Shown: one piece after another, positions 37,050 to 44,491 of the stretch
How positions within the stretch are numbered: the first letter of the stretch is position 1
Layout: every line of letters starts with the position of its first letter
Assembly (NCBI GenBank): GCA_038248855.1
Contig: JBBRXA010000007.1
Coordinates: 5,997-69,996 of the forward strand
Source: Bacteroidales bacterium
Lineage (GTDB): Bacteria; Bacteroidota; Bacteroidia; Bacteroidales; VadinHA17
DNA length: 64,000 bases
Direction of reading: 5' to 3'
Position numbers and translations under genes: made by a program
Notes under the pieces: generated by a model
Seen by the model: only the letters and a program-made list of their open reading frames with translations
Told to the model about the DNA's origin: nothing
Database searches by the model: none

Positions 37050-37592
37050 GTGAAGCTTTACGCCTCTGAAGATGAAATAAAAATGCTGCTGAAGAGTGAG
37101 CCCGAAAAGGCTTTCAGGCTGATCGTCGAAAAATTCGGCTCGAAGCTCTACTGGCATATCAGGCGCCTGGTGATTATTCATGCTGATGCCGATGATGCAT
37201 TGCAGAACACATTCATAAATGCCTGGAAAGGTCTGGGAGGGTTCCGGAGCGAGAGTTCCCTTTATACGTGGCTTTACTCCATTGCAACCAATGAGGCTCT
37301 GACGCTGATAAGAAAAAGAGAGAAGACAAGCGGCGTCTCGCTTGATGATGTTGAATCAATAATCTCTGTTTCGACGGAGGGCGATTCGTATTTTGACGGT
37401 AATGAGGCAACCCTTAAACTTCAGAATGCAATCATGAAGCTGCCTGAAAAACAGCGTACAGTATTCAATATGAAGTATTTTGACGATATGAGTTATGAGG
37501 AAATAAGCCTTGCGCTGGGCACATCAGTGGGTGCACTCAAGGCTTCCTATCACCATGCTGTAAAAAAAATTGAAAGATTTATAATTGAGTAA
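37050..37592 (+). CDS. ECF-type RNA polymerase sigma-70 factor
   Basis: 180 aa with region 2 (DADDALQNTFINAW...FRSESSLYTWLYSIATNEAL) and region 4 (LPEKQRTVFNMKYFDDMSYEEISLALGTSVGALKASYHHAVKKI). Confidence 0.88.
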   Translation: MKLYASEDEIKMLLKSEPEKAFRLIVEKFGSKLYWHIRRLVIIHADADDALQNTFINAWKGLGGFRSESSLYTWLYSIATNEALTLIRKREKTSGVSLDDVESIISVSTEGDSYFDGNEATLKLQNAIMKLPEKQRTVFNMKYFDDMSYEEISLALGTSVGALKASYHHAVKKIERFIIE

Positions 37593-37628
37593 TTAAACCT
37601 CTGGCGGTTAAATTCATCAAAGAGAAGT

Positions 37629-38084
37629 ATGAAGTCAATCGATGAAATAAAAAAAGAGAATCCGTTCAGGGTGCCTGACGGCTACTTTGAGTCACTGACT
37701 GAAAGAACAATATCGGCTGTTAAGGATATCCCCGTATCAGAGAAGTCCCCGGCTGAAAATCAAGGCGGTAAGGTAAGGGTCATGCCGTTTCTTGCGCTGG
37801 CCGCAGCCATAGTAGGGTTTGCAATCCTTGCTGCCGGTATGGTAAGGCTGGTGACGCAAGATGCCGGCGGTTTTTCCCAGGAGGCTCAGGATGGGATTTA
37901 TGCTGACCTTGTCGCCGGGGAGATAGACACTTATATAATAGAAAATGAGTGGGCTGTTTCGGAAGATATGACGGAAAGTGACGCTGAGGTTCAGGGTGGC
38001 GAAACGGAGGTTCAGAGTGAAGCCATTATCTATTACCTGCTCCTGGAGAATGTGGAACTGACAGATATTTACGAACTTCTATAA
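37629..38084 (+). CDS. Putative single-pass anti-sigma factor
   Basis: 151 aa with one TM segment (MPFLALAAAIVGFAILAAGMV). Lies immediately downstream of the ECF sigma. No recognisable zinc-binding anti-sigma motif. Confidence 0.5.
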   Translation: MKSIDEIKKENPFRVPDGYFESLTERTISAVKDIPVSEKSPAENQGGKVRVMPFLALAAAIVGFAILAAGMVRLVTQDAGGFSQEAQDGIYADLVAGEIDTYIIENEWAVSEDMTESDAEVQGGETEVQSEAIIYYLLLENVELTDIYELL

Positions 38085-38094
38085 AAATATAAAA

Positions 38095-38580
38095 ATGAAA
38101 AAAGTATTTACAGCAATCATTGCCTTACTGATTATCTCTGCTTTCGAAGTGAAGGCACAGGGTCAGGAAGATCTTGACAAACTCACTGCCTACAAGATCG
38201 CTTTCTTTACGCAGAAACTGAGCCTGTCATCAGCAGAGGCCGAGAAATTCTGGCCTGTTTACAATGACTATTCGGCACGCAAAAGCAAGATCCAGCTTGA
38301 AAGAGTGGCACTGATGCGTTACGCCATGCAGAACGAAGCCAACCTCAGCGAACAGGAACTCTCAACAACGGCAGACAAGCTTGCACAGTCTTTTGTTGAC
38401 GAAGCCAATCTTACAGTTTCCTTCAATGCGGATATAAAAAAGATTCTTTCACCGGCCAAAGTGATCAGGCTATTTCAGTCAGAGACCCAGTACAAGCAAC
38501 AGCTTCTGAGGGAGTTGAACCAGCGCAGACAGGGGCAAGGAGCAGGTCAGGGCAATTCCGGGATCCGAAGGCAACAATAA
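38095..38580 (+). CDS. Secreted alpha-helical protein of unknown function (third gene of the ECF triad)
   Basis: Signal peptide MKKVFTAIIALLIISAFEVKAQ, a helical K/E/Q-rich body and a Gly/Gln-rich basic tail. Confidence 0.55.
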   Translation: MKKVFTAIIALLIISAFEVKAQGQEDLDKLTAYKIAFFTQKLSLSSAEAEKFWPVYNDYSARKSKIQLERVALMRYAMQNEANLSEQELSTTADKLAQSFVDEANLTVSFNADIKKILSPAKVIRLFQSETQYKQQLLRELNQRRQGQGAGQGNSGIRRQQ

Positions 38581-38598
38581 GACAAATAATGCAGGAAT

Positions 38599-38625
38599 GA
38601 AAGGCATTGATGATCAATGCCTTTC
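38599..38625. terminator. Near-perfect 27-nt palindrome between convergent genes; contains the hisS stop codon
   Basis: GAAAGGCATTGAT-G-ATCAATGCCTTTC followed by TGCTTTTAT on the plus strand. The hisS TGA lies at 38614-38616, inside the hairpin. Confidence 0.55.
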
Positions 38626-39987
38626 TGCTTTTATGAAGGCCGGCAATGCGGAAATATCAATTTTCTGCTGCCCGCCCGTCCGCATCTCCTTGACTGTCAC
38701 CTGACCTGCAGCAAGTTCTTCACTTCCGGCAATGATAACCCAGGGTATTCTGCGGGCGTCAGCGTATGCGAACTGTTTTTTAAGCCTGGCAACATCAGGG
38801 TACAGCTCTGAGCTTATCCCGGCATCCCGGAGTGAGCGCGTAATCTGCACCAGTTCAGGTAATTCCTTTCCGCCGAAGTTGATGACCAGGGCTTTGGTTC
38901 CGGAGGCTGCAGCCTCCGGGAAAAGTCCCAGCTGCAACATGACATCATAAATCCGGTCTGCGCCAAAGGAGACCCCTACTCCGGATACACCCGGGAGGCC
39001 GAAGATTCCGGTAAGATCATCATATCTTCCGCCACCGCATATGCTTCCGATGGCTGCATCGTCAGCCTTAACCTCTATAATTGCCCCGGTATAGTAATTC
39101 AGACCCCGTGCCAGGGAAAGGTCAAGCTCAATGCGGGCTGCAAATGACTCTGAGGCAATATAACCGAAGAGTTCCTCCATCTCGGCTATTCCCTTCATTC
39201 CGACCTGCGAAGCCTGCATGATTATTCCCAGTTCATTGAGCTTCGATACTGATGAACCGCCAAGGCCTAAAATGGGCTCAAGACGCGAGACAGTCTGTTC
39301 GGAAATCCCTTTCTGAATCAGCTCCTGCCTGACTCCCTCCTTCCCTATTTTGTCAAGCTTGTCAATAGCTACCGTAATGTCAGTGATCCTCTCCGTTTCG
39401 CCCACTGTCTCGGCTATTCCGCTGAGTATTTTACGGTTGTTGATCTTCACTGTAATGTTAATCTTCAGGTCTCTGAAGATGCGGTCAATGATCTGAACCA
39501 GTTCGAGTTCATTCAGCAGCGAATCGCTTCCGATCACGTCCACATCACACTGAAAAAACTCGCGGTACCTCCCCTTCTGAGGCCTGTCGGCACGCCACAC
39601 CGGCTGTACCTGGTACCTCCTGAAGGGGAATGTGATCTCATCACGGTGCTGAACCACGTACCTTGCAAAAGGCACGGTAAGGTCATACCTCAGACCCTTT
39701 TCGCACATGCAGGAAGAGAGGGATGAACTGTCAACGGTGGCTAAAACCGAACGGTCAACGCCTGAAAGAAAGTCTCCGGAGTTGAGAATTCTGAACAGAA
39801 GTTTATCACCTTCCTCACCATATTTACCAAGCAGTGTAGAAAGGTTTTCCATGGCCGGTGTCTCAATTGGCAGATAGCCGTAAAGGGAGAAGTTTCTTCT
39901 GACAGTGTCAAAAATATAGTTTCGCCGGAGCATCTCCTCTGGGGAGAAGTCGCGAGTGCCCTTGGGAACAGACGGTTTCTGAGACAT
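38614..39987 (-). CDS. hisS: Histidine--tRNA ligase
   Basis: [14 protein letters not shown] start with FRYE-type ([26 protein letters not shown]) and GGGRYD motifs. ATG 39987 was chosen; the track's extra 42 aa are non-homologous and overlap the next gene. Confidence 0.93.
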   Translation of the reverse strand: MSQKPSVPKGTRDFSPEEMLRRNYIFDTVRRNFSLYGYLPIETPAMENLSTLLGKYGEEGDKLLFRILNSGDFLSGVDRSVLATVDSSSLSSCMCEKGLRYDLTVPFARYVVQHRDEITFPFRRYQVQPVWRADRPQKGRYREFFQCDVDVIGSDSLLNELELVQIIDRIFRDLKINITVKINNRKILSGIAETVGETERITDITVAIDKLDKIGKEGVRQELIQKGISEQTVSRLEPILGLGGSSVSKLNELGIIMQASQVGMKGIAEMEELFGYIASESFAARIELDLSLARGLNYYTGAIIEVKADDAAIGSICGGGRYDDLTGIFGLPGVSGVGVSFGADRIYDVMLQLGLFPEAAASGTKALVINFGGKELPELVQITRSLRDAGISSELYPDVARLKKQFAYADARRIPWVIIAGSEELAAGQVTVKEMRTGGQQKIDISALPAFIKAERH

Positions 39988-40069
39988 TCTTACCTGATTA
40001 TGGGACAAAAATAAAAAAAAAGAGGCTGTCACGTTGGTGGCAGCCCTTATGTTATTAACGTTTGGCAGT

Positions 40070-40426
40070 TTATTGCACGAACGGTATGGAAATCGGATAT
40101 TTGAAAAGCTCACCCTTTGCAGCTTTTATGGCAGCCACAACGATACAGACCAGTTCAAGGATTGCCAGGAACATTATGATGGGAATACCTATTATGATGA
40201 AGCATAGCGGTATTGCAAGCACCGTGTACATCAGCATCGAAAGCTGGAAATTGAGCGATGCCTTTCCGTTAGTGTCAATCCAGGCTGACTCCTGTTTGCG
40301 CGATATCCAGCAAATCATCGGACCGATAACGCCTCCGAGAGGGAAAAAATACCCGGCAAAGGCGGAAAGGTGACAGAACATTGCCCAGTCTCGCTCCGAC
40401 TGTGTGTATGATTTGACCTCTTCCAT
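40070..40426 (-). CDS. DUF4870-type small membrane protein
   Basis: 118 aa with [15 protein letters not shown]...[13 protein letters not shown]...[10 protein letters not shown] and three or four TM helices. Confidence 0.72.
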   Translation of the reverse strand: MEEVKSYTQSERDWAMFCHLSAFAGYFFPLGGVIGPMICWISRKQESAWIDTNGKASLNFQLSMLMYTVLAIPLCFIIIGIPIIMFLAILELVCIVVAAIKAAKGELFKYPISIPFVQ

Positions 40427-40470
40427 AGCTTTTTTGTTTAAAGACGGTATAAATACAAAAATGCTGCTTT

Positions 40471-41322
40471 TCAGAAACGTGCTATTCTCTTCAGGTCAGA
40501 TATCAGCATGCCGTTGGCATTTTTGCTGTCTACCATATGTATATCATGGTAATACATTACTGCATCATCAGTGCCTATCAGCATCTTCAGACACGTGCCG
40601 GTCTGCTTTGATCCGTCAGGACCTACTTTATGGAATATCAGGACATCCTTTTCCTTGTTTTCAACTGCGCTGATAATCGCCTCCTCATCCACTATCCTGA
40701 CACTGTAAGGATACCATGCCTTTATTTTCTCCTCCGTATCAATCTCCGGGGCGAGGTCTTCAATCCTGACAAGGATTGTTTTCTTACTTATCTCAGGCAC
40801 ATTTTTATTATAGTATTTCAGGTACCTGAGGGCAGAAATGGTCGGATTCTTTGTCACAAGGTCGGCATGATACTGCATGAACCTTACGATGAGGCCCATC
40901 TTGTAACTGTATTCACCGTCGTCGGCGCCGGCAAATGAGAGGGGTATGGCGCAAAATTCCGGCAATTCGTCAAGGTTGTCCACATCGGCACCGAGAAGCA
41001 AATTCAGGAAATCATAGGCTGATCCCGATTTGTCGTTACTGAAGTTAGTGATTGTCAGAACGATGAATGAGTATGCAGGATCAGTTCGCATCACGTTGAA
41101 TTCATTGACTGTAATGAACCTGAAGGGGGTCACCTTCCAGTATTTTTCAACCGCAGTCCTGAGTTCGGCATTATAAAATGAAAAGGGGTTGTCTTCGACG
41201 ACAATGCACGTGGTGGAAGCCATAAATTTCTTAGCGTCATCCAGCGTGGGATAAGGCCTTACCTGCCCTGAAAGGGTGGCTGTGGCAAGTATCATAAAAA
41301 CGGCAAGGGAAGCTTTTTTCAT
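40471..41322 (-). CDS. Secreted protein of unknown function (284 aa)
   Basis: Signal peptide MKKASLAVFMILATATLSGQ (ATG 41322). I recognise no family motif. Lies 7 nt downstream of the preceding gene. Confidence 0.65.
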   Translation of the reverse strand: MKKASLAVFMILATATLSGQVRPYPTLDDAKKFMASTTCIVVEDNPFSFYNAELRTAVEKYWKVTPFRFITVNEFNVMRTDPAYSFIVLTITNFSNDKSGSAYDFLNLLLGADVDNLDELPEFCAIPLSFAGADDGEYSYKMGLIVRFMQYHADLVTKNPTISALRYLKYYNKNVPEISKKTILVRIEDLAPEIDTEEKIKAWYPYSVRIVDEEAIISAVENKEKDVLIFHKVGPDGSKQTGTCLKMLIGTDDAVMYYHDIHMVDSKNANGMLISDLKRIARF

Positions 41323-41329
41323 ACAGTGA

Positions 41330-42076
41330 CTATTTGCCTGAAGGCATAAAAACAGGATGTTTTTCATTGAATTTCCGAAGGTAAACAAACATCATTTTCT
41401 TCTGATTCTTGTTCCGCATTGAGACAAACTCCTCGTATAGCTCAGGATCTTTCATGAGCAGCACCTCAAGGTTTTTGAGGTCGTATTCATAGTCTTTACC
41501 CGTCTCAAAATCTATCATATACATCTGCAGGTCAGTCCTGGACCCGGATGACCTGTAAGGATTTCCGTAGGAATAGGGCGAATTGTATGGGGAATAGTAT
41601 GGTGAGTAGTACGGGGAATAATAGGAAGAGCGGTAAGGTGAATAATAGGGATCATAATATCCGTAAGGATTATATGCGGGATCATTTCTTGTAACGTCTG
41701 CCACGAAGTGAATGATGCTGCCGAAAAAAGTGATCCTGTTGTAGTTTTCCTGTACTTTCCTGTAGAGGACGCCGTTTCGGGCGAATCCCCAGATTGTGCT
41801 CTTATCAATTTCCTGTCTTACTCCCATGTTGTCATAGAAATAGATTTTGTCGCCTGACAGGATCTGGGCGAAAAAATCCTTGTCGTTATAGTCCACCGAT
41901 GTCAGAAGCTTGGCTTTCGGTATCGGACTGTTGGTGCGGACCATATCGAAGTTGAGGTAGATTCCGTCTCTGAATTTGAAGTCGGGAGTGTACTGCACAA
42001 GCGTATCAGGCTTCTGACCTGAAGCAGTGCCAAGGGTAATTAAACCCAGGATAAGGGTCAGTGCGGCCGTTTTCAT
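41330..42076 (-). CDS. Secreted protein of unknown function with a central Tyr/Pro/Ser repeat
   Basis: Signal peptide MKTAALTLILGLITLGTASGQ (ATG 42076; alternative ATG 42103). Central segment reads NPYGYYDPYYSPYRSSYYSPYYSPYYSPYNSPYSYGNPY. Confidence 0.65.
   Translation of the reverse strand: MKTAALTLILGLITLGTASGQKPDTLVQYTPDFKFRDGIYLNFDMVRTNSPIPKAKLLTSVDYNDKDFFAQILSGDKIYFYDNMGVRQEIDKSTIWGFARNGVLYRKVQENYNRITFFGSIIHFVADVTRNDPAYNPYGYYDPYYSPYRSSYYSPYYSPYYSPYNSPYSYGNPYRSSGSRTDLQMYMIDFETGKDYEYDLKNLEVLLMKDPELYEEFVSMRNKNQKKMMFVYLRKFNEKHPVFMPSGK
41546..41683 (-). repeat. Imperfect 12-nt coding tandem repeat encoding (Y-S-P-Y)n
   Basis: The plus strand reads ...ggaatagtatggt gagtagtacggg gaataataggaa gagcggtaaggt gaataataggga.... 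This corresponds to residues 141-186 of the ORF. Confidence 0.8.
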
Positions 42077-42119
42077 ATCTCTCGTTTTCAAAAACATCAT
42101 CAAATATTATACCGTAAGG

Positions 42120-42127
42120 CAAAAATA
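42120..42127 (-). promoter_or_regulatory. Candidate -7 promoter box (TATTTTTG) for the secreted-protein genes
   Basis: The minus strand reads TATTTTTG 16-43 nt upstream of the candidate starts. Confidence 0.3.
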
Positions 42128-42180
42128 ATCTTTTAAGTCGAAGCACCCCCATACGGTCTCTTTCTTTATTGAATTTCATG

Positions 42181-42188
42181 TATATTTG
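42181..42188 (+). promoter_or_regulatory. Candidate -7 promoter box (TATATTTG) for the hybrid kinase gene
   Basis: TAnnTTTG match 29 nt upstream of ATG 42218. Confidence 0.35.
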
Positions 42189-42217
42189 AGTGAGTTATTT
42201 TCTACTGTATCTGCAAA

Positions 42218-43549
42218 ATGGCCAGGAAATCCAAAGTCGGTGCTACACCGCAATCTGAACTGATGACAAGGAGGATAAGAAAACGGGTACTTATGCCTGT
42301 TGCCCTTGCATCACTCTTTGCAATTATTTCTGTGGCTGCGGCTGTTGCGGGAATGATTCTCCTGCCGGTAATAGCAGGTGTCGTTACAATAATCGCCCTG
42401 TTTGTTTCCATTATCGAGCTCAGGAGCCTGATTGCGGAAACAAGGGATATAATGAGGGAACTGTCATTCATAGCTGAGAAGCACGAGGAGGTCATAAACA
42501 GTTTTTCACACAAGATCAGGGAGCCGCTGAACAATCTGGTGCTGCTCAGCGGCATGCTGCGCGATTCCACCGCGCCGGGCAAACAGCAGGAACTCATCGA
42601 GACGTTCGTGGCCTCAACAGATTCTATGGTTGAGGTGGTTAATGAGCTTACAATGGAGACTGCCGGCAACGCCACCTTTGAGTCGCGCAGCGACATCATG
42701 TTCAGGCTTGGCCCGATTATCCGCGATACGATTGAGTTACTGAAACTGAACCGGCGTCATGAGCACAGCATGATCTTTTATGACGACAAGGGAGAGGGTG
42801 CGACAGAATTAAGGGGCAATCCGATCATAATAAAACAGATACTTATAGACCTTCTGAGCACGGCCATTTCAGCGGCAACAGGCAACCTGACCCTGAAAAT
42901 CGAGGTCCGCGAAACACCGGAGCGAGAAGGAGTACACCTCATTGAATTCACCCTTTCGACCAACCACCCTGTTATTTTTATCGGCGAGGGAAGGCAACCC
43001 TACAATCTTGCCTCCAAACTGATTACCGGTGCCGGCGGAACCTGGCAGGAGAGCTCATCAGGTTCCGGATCGTACTTTGTCTTTACTGTCAGGTCGCAGA
43101 AAAACAGGAAAGTAGAGCGGCCCGAGGCAGCCAGCACTCTCATCAAGGGCATCAGCAAAGAGCCTGGAAAGAAGGAAATGAAGGACGTGAGCATCCTGCT
43201 TGTTGAGGATAATCCTATCAATCAGCGCATTACACAGCTGATGTTGGAGCCCCTTGTGAAAAGGATAGAGATAGCGCGAAACGGTAAGGAAGCTCTTGAC
43301 ATGTTCGGCACCTCGAGATATGATCTGATACTCATGGATATCCAGATGCCTGTAATGAACGGGCTTGTCTCAGCGGAAAAGATAAGGGCACTGGAGACCA
43401 GCACACATATGCATACCCCCATAATAGCGATAACGGCCAATGCCATGCTGGGTGACAGGGAGCAGTGCCTTGCTGTGGGAATGGATGATTATATCAGCAA
43501 GCCCATAGAGCCGGACCTCCTGATTGAAAAGATAAGCGCCCTGATTTAG
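42218..43549 (+). CDS. Membrane hybrid histidine kinase/response regulator with a degenerate ATPase domain
   Basis: 443 aa with two TM helices, H-box FSHKIREPLNNL, a CA-like region lacking N/G1/G2 boxes, and a C-terminal receiver (ILLVEDNP...DLILMDIQMP...ISKP). Confidence 0.82.
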   Translation: MARKSKVGATPQSELMTRRIRKRVLMPVALASLFAIISVAAAVAGMILLPVIAGVVTIIALFVSIIELRSLIAETRDIMRELSFIAEKHEEVINSFSHKIREPLNNLVLLSGMLRDSTAPGKQQELIETFVASTDSMVEVVNELTMETAGNATFESRSDIMFRLGPIIRDTIELLKLNRRHEHSMIFYDDKGEGATELRGNPIIIKQILIDLLSTAISAATGNLTLKIEVRETPEREGVHLIEFTLSTNHPVIFIGEGRQPYNLASKLITGAGGTWQESSSGSGSYFVFTVRSQKNRKVERPEAASTLIKGISKEPGKKEMKDVSILLVEDNPINQRITQLMLEPLVKRIEIARNGKEALDMFGTSRYDLILMDIQMPVMNGLVSAEKIRALETSTHMHTPIIAITANAMLGDREQCLAVGMDDYISKPIEPDLLIEKISALI

Positions 43550-43551
43550 TT

Positions 43552-44484
43552 TCAGAAAGGTCTGAAACCCATTACCATCATGTCGTCGATCTGCTCACAC
43601 CCTTCCATCCATGAGGTTATCGTCTCATCGAGGATCCGCTCCTGATCAGGCAACGGGTATTTACTGATAGTCAGCAGTATATGTCTCAGCCTGCGATACA
43701 TGAACTTCTTGTTCTCAGGCCCGCCGAACTGATCGGCATACCCGTCCGAGAAGAGATAAAGGATGTCTCCTCTCTCGAGGGTAAAGGTGCTCTTATTGAA
43801 TGAAACGCCGTTTACATAGGTCTGCCCGACGTTAATCTTATCACCCTTGATCTCGATCAGTTTGTCATTCCGGACTATATATACCGGGAGAAAGGCTCCG
43901 GAGAACTGCATTTCACGCGACTCACGGTTAATGACACAGATACTCATTTCAATCCCGTCCTTAATGAGGGCACTGCCGTCCTCCTCCTTATAAAATGATG
44001 ACTCCAGTTCGCGGTTCAGGGTCATGAGTATGCTGTCACTTGTTTCAACTTTCATTTCATTGATTATCTTCTGGAGCAGTTCAAGTCCGATCATAGACAT
44101 GAGTGCCCCGGGAACGCCGTGCCCCGTGCAGTCTGCAGCTGCAATATAGAACTTTCCGCCGCGCTGGCTCACCCAGTAGAAGTCGCCGCTGACAATATGC
44201 TTGGGCTTGTAAAAGATAAAATAACTGGGGAAGATGCGTCTTATGTAATGCTCTGCAGGCAGCAGCGCCGCCTGTATCCTTCTTGCATAGTTAAGGCTGT
44301 CTGTAATATTCTTGTTCTTTACCTGAAGTTCTTCCCGCTGGTCATGGATCTCCGAATATGCCGACTTCATCTCTGTGAGGTGCTTTTTGGTACGCAACAG
44401 CACCCAAAACTGCAGTATGGCCAGGTAGACCAGTGCAGCAACGACAAAGGCGCCTATCAGGTAATTTATGAAAATGCTGTTCAC
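43552..44484 (-). CDS. PP2C/SpoIIE-family serine phosphatase with an N-terminal TM helix and coiled coil
   Basis: 310 aa with SLNYARRIQAALLP, SGDFYW, ADCTGHGVPGALMS, LFSDGYADQ and DDMMVMGF motifs. GTG start at 44484. Confidence 0.85.
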   Translation of the reverse strand: MNSIFINYLIGAFVVAALVYLAILQFWVLLRTKKHLTEMKSAYSEIHDQREELQVKNKNITDSLNYARRIQAALLPAEHYIRRIFPSYFIFYKPKHIVSGDFYWVSQRGGKFYIAAADCTGHGVPGALMSMIGLELLQKIINEMKVETSDSILMTLNRELESSFYKEEDGSALIKDGIEMSICVINRESREMQFSGAFLPVYIVRNDKLIEIKGDKINVGQTYVNGVSFNKSTFTLERGDILYLFSDGYADQFGGPENKKFMYRRLRHILLTISKYPLPDQERILDETITSWMEGCEQIDDMMVMGFRPF

Positions 44485-44491
44485 TTCATAA

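Noticed and set aside
39988-40113. 42-codon N-terminal extension of hisS in the ORF track
   Set aside because: The extension ([18 protein letters not shown]...) has no HisRS homology and overlaps the DUF4870 gene end. The canonical HisRS N-terminus [14 protein letters not shown] starts at ATG 39987.
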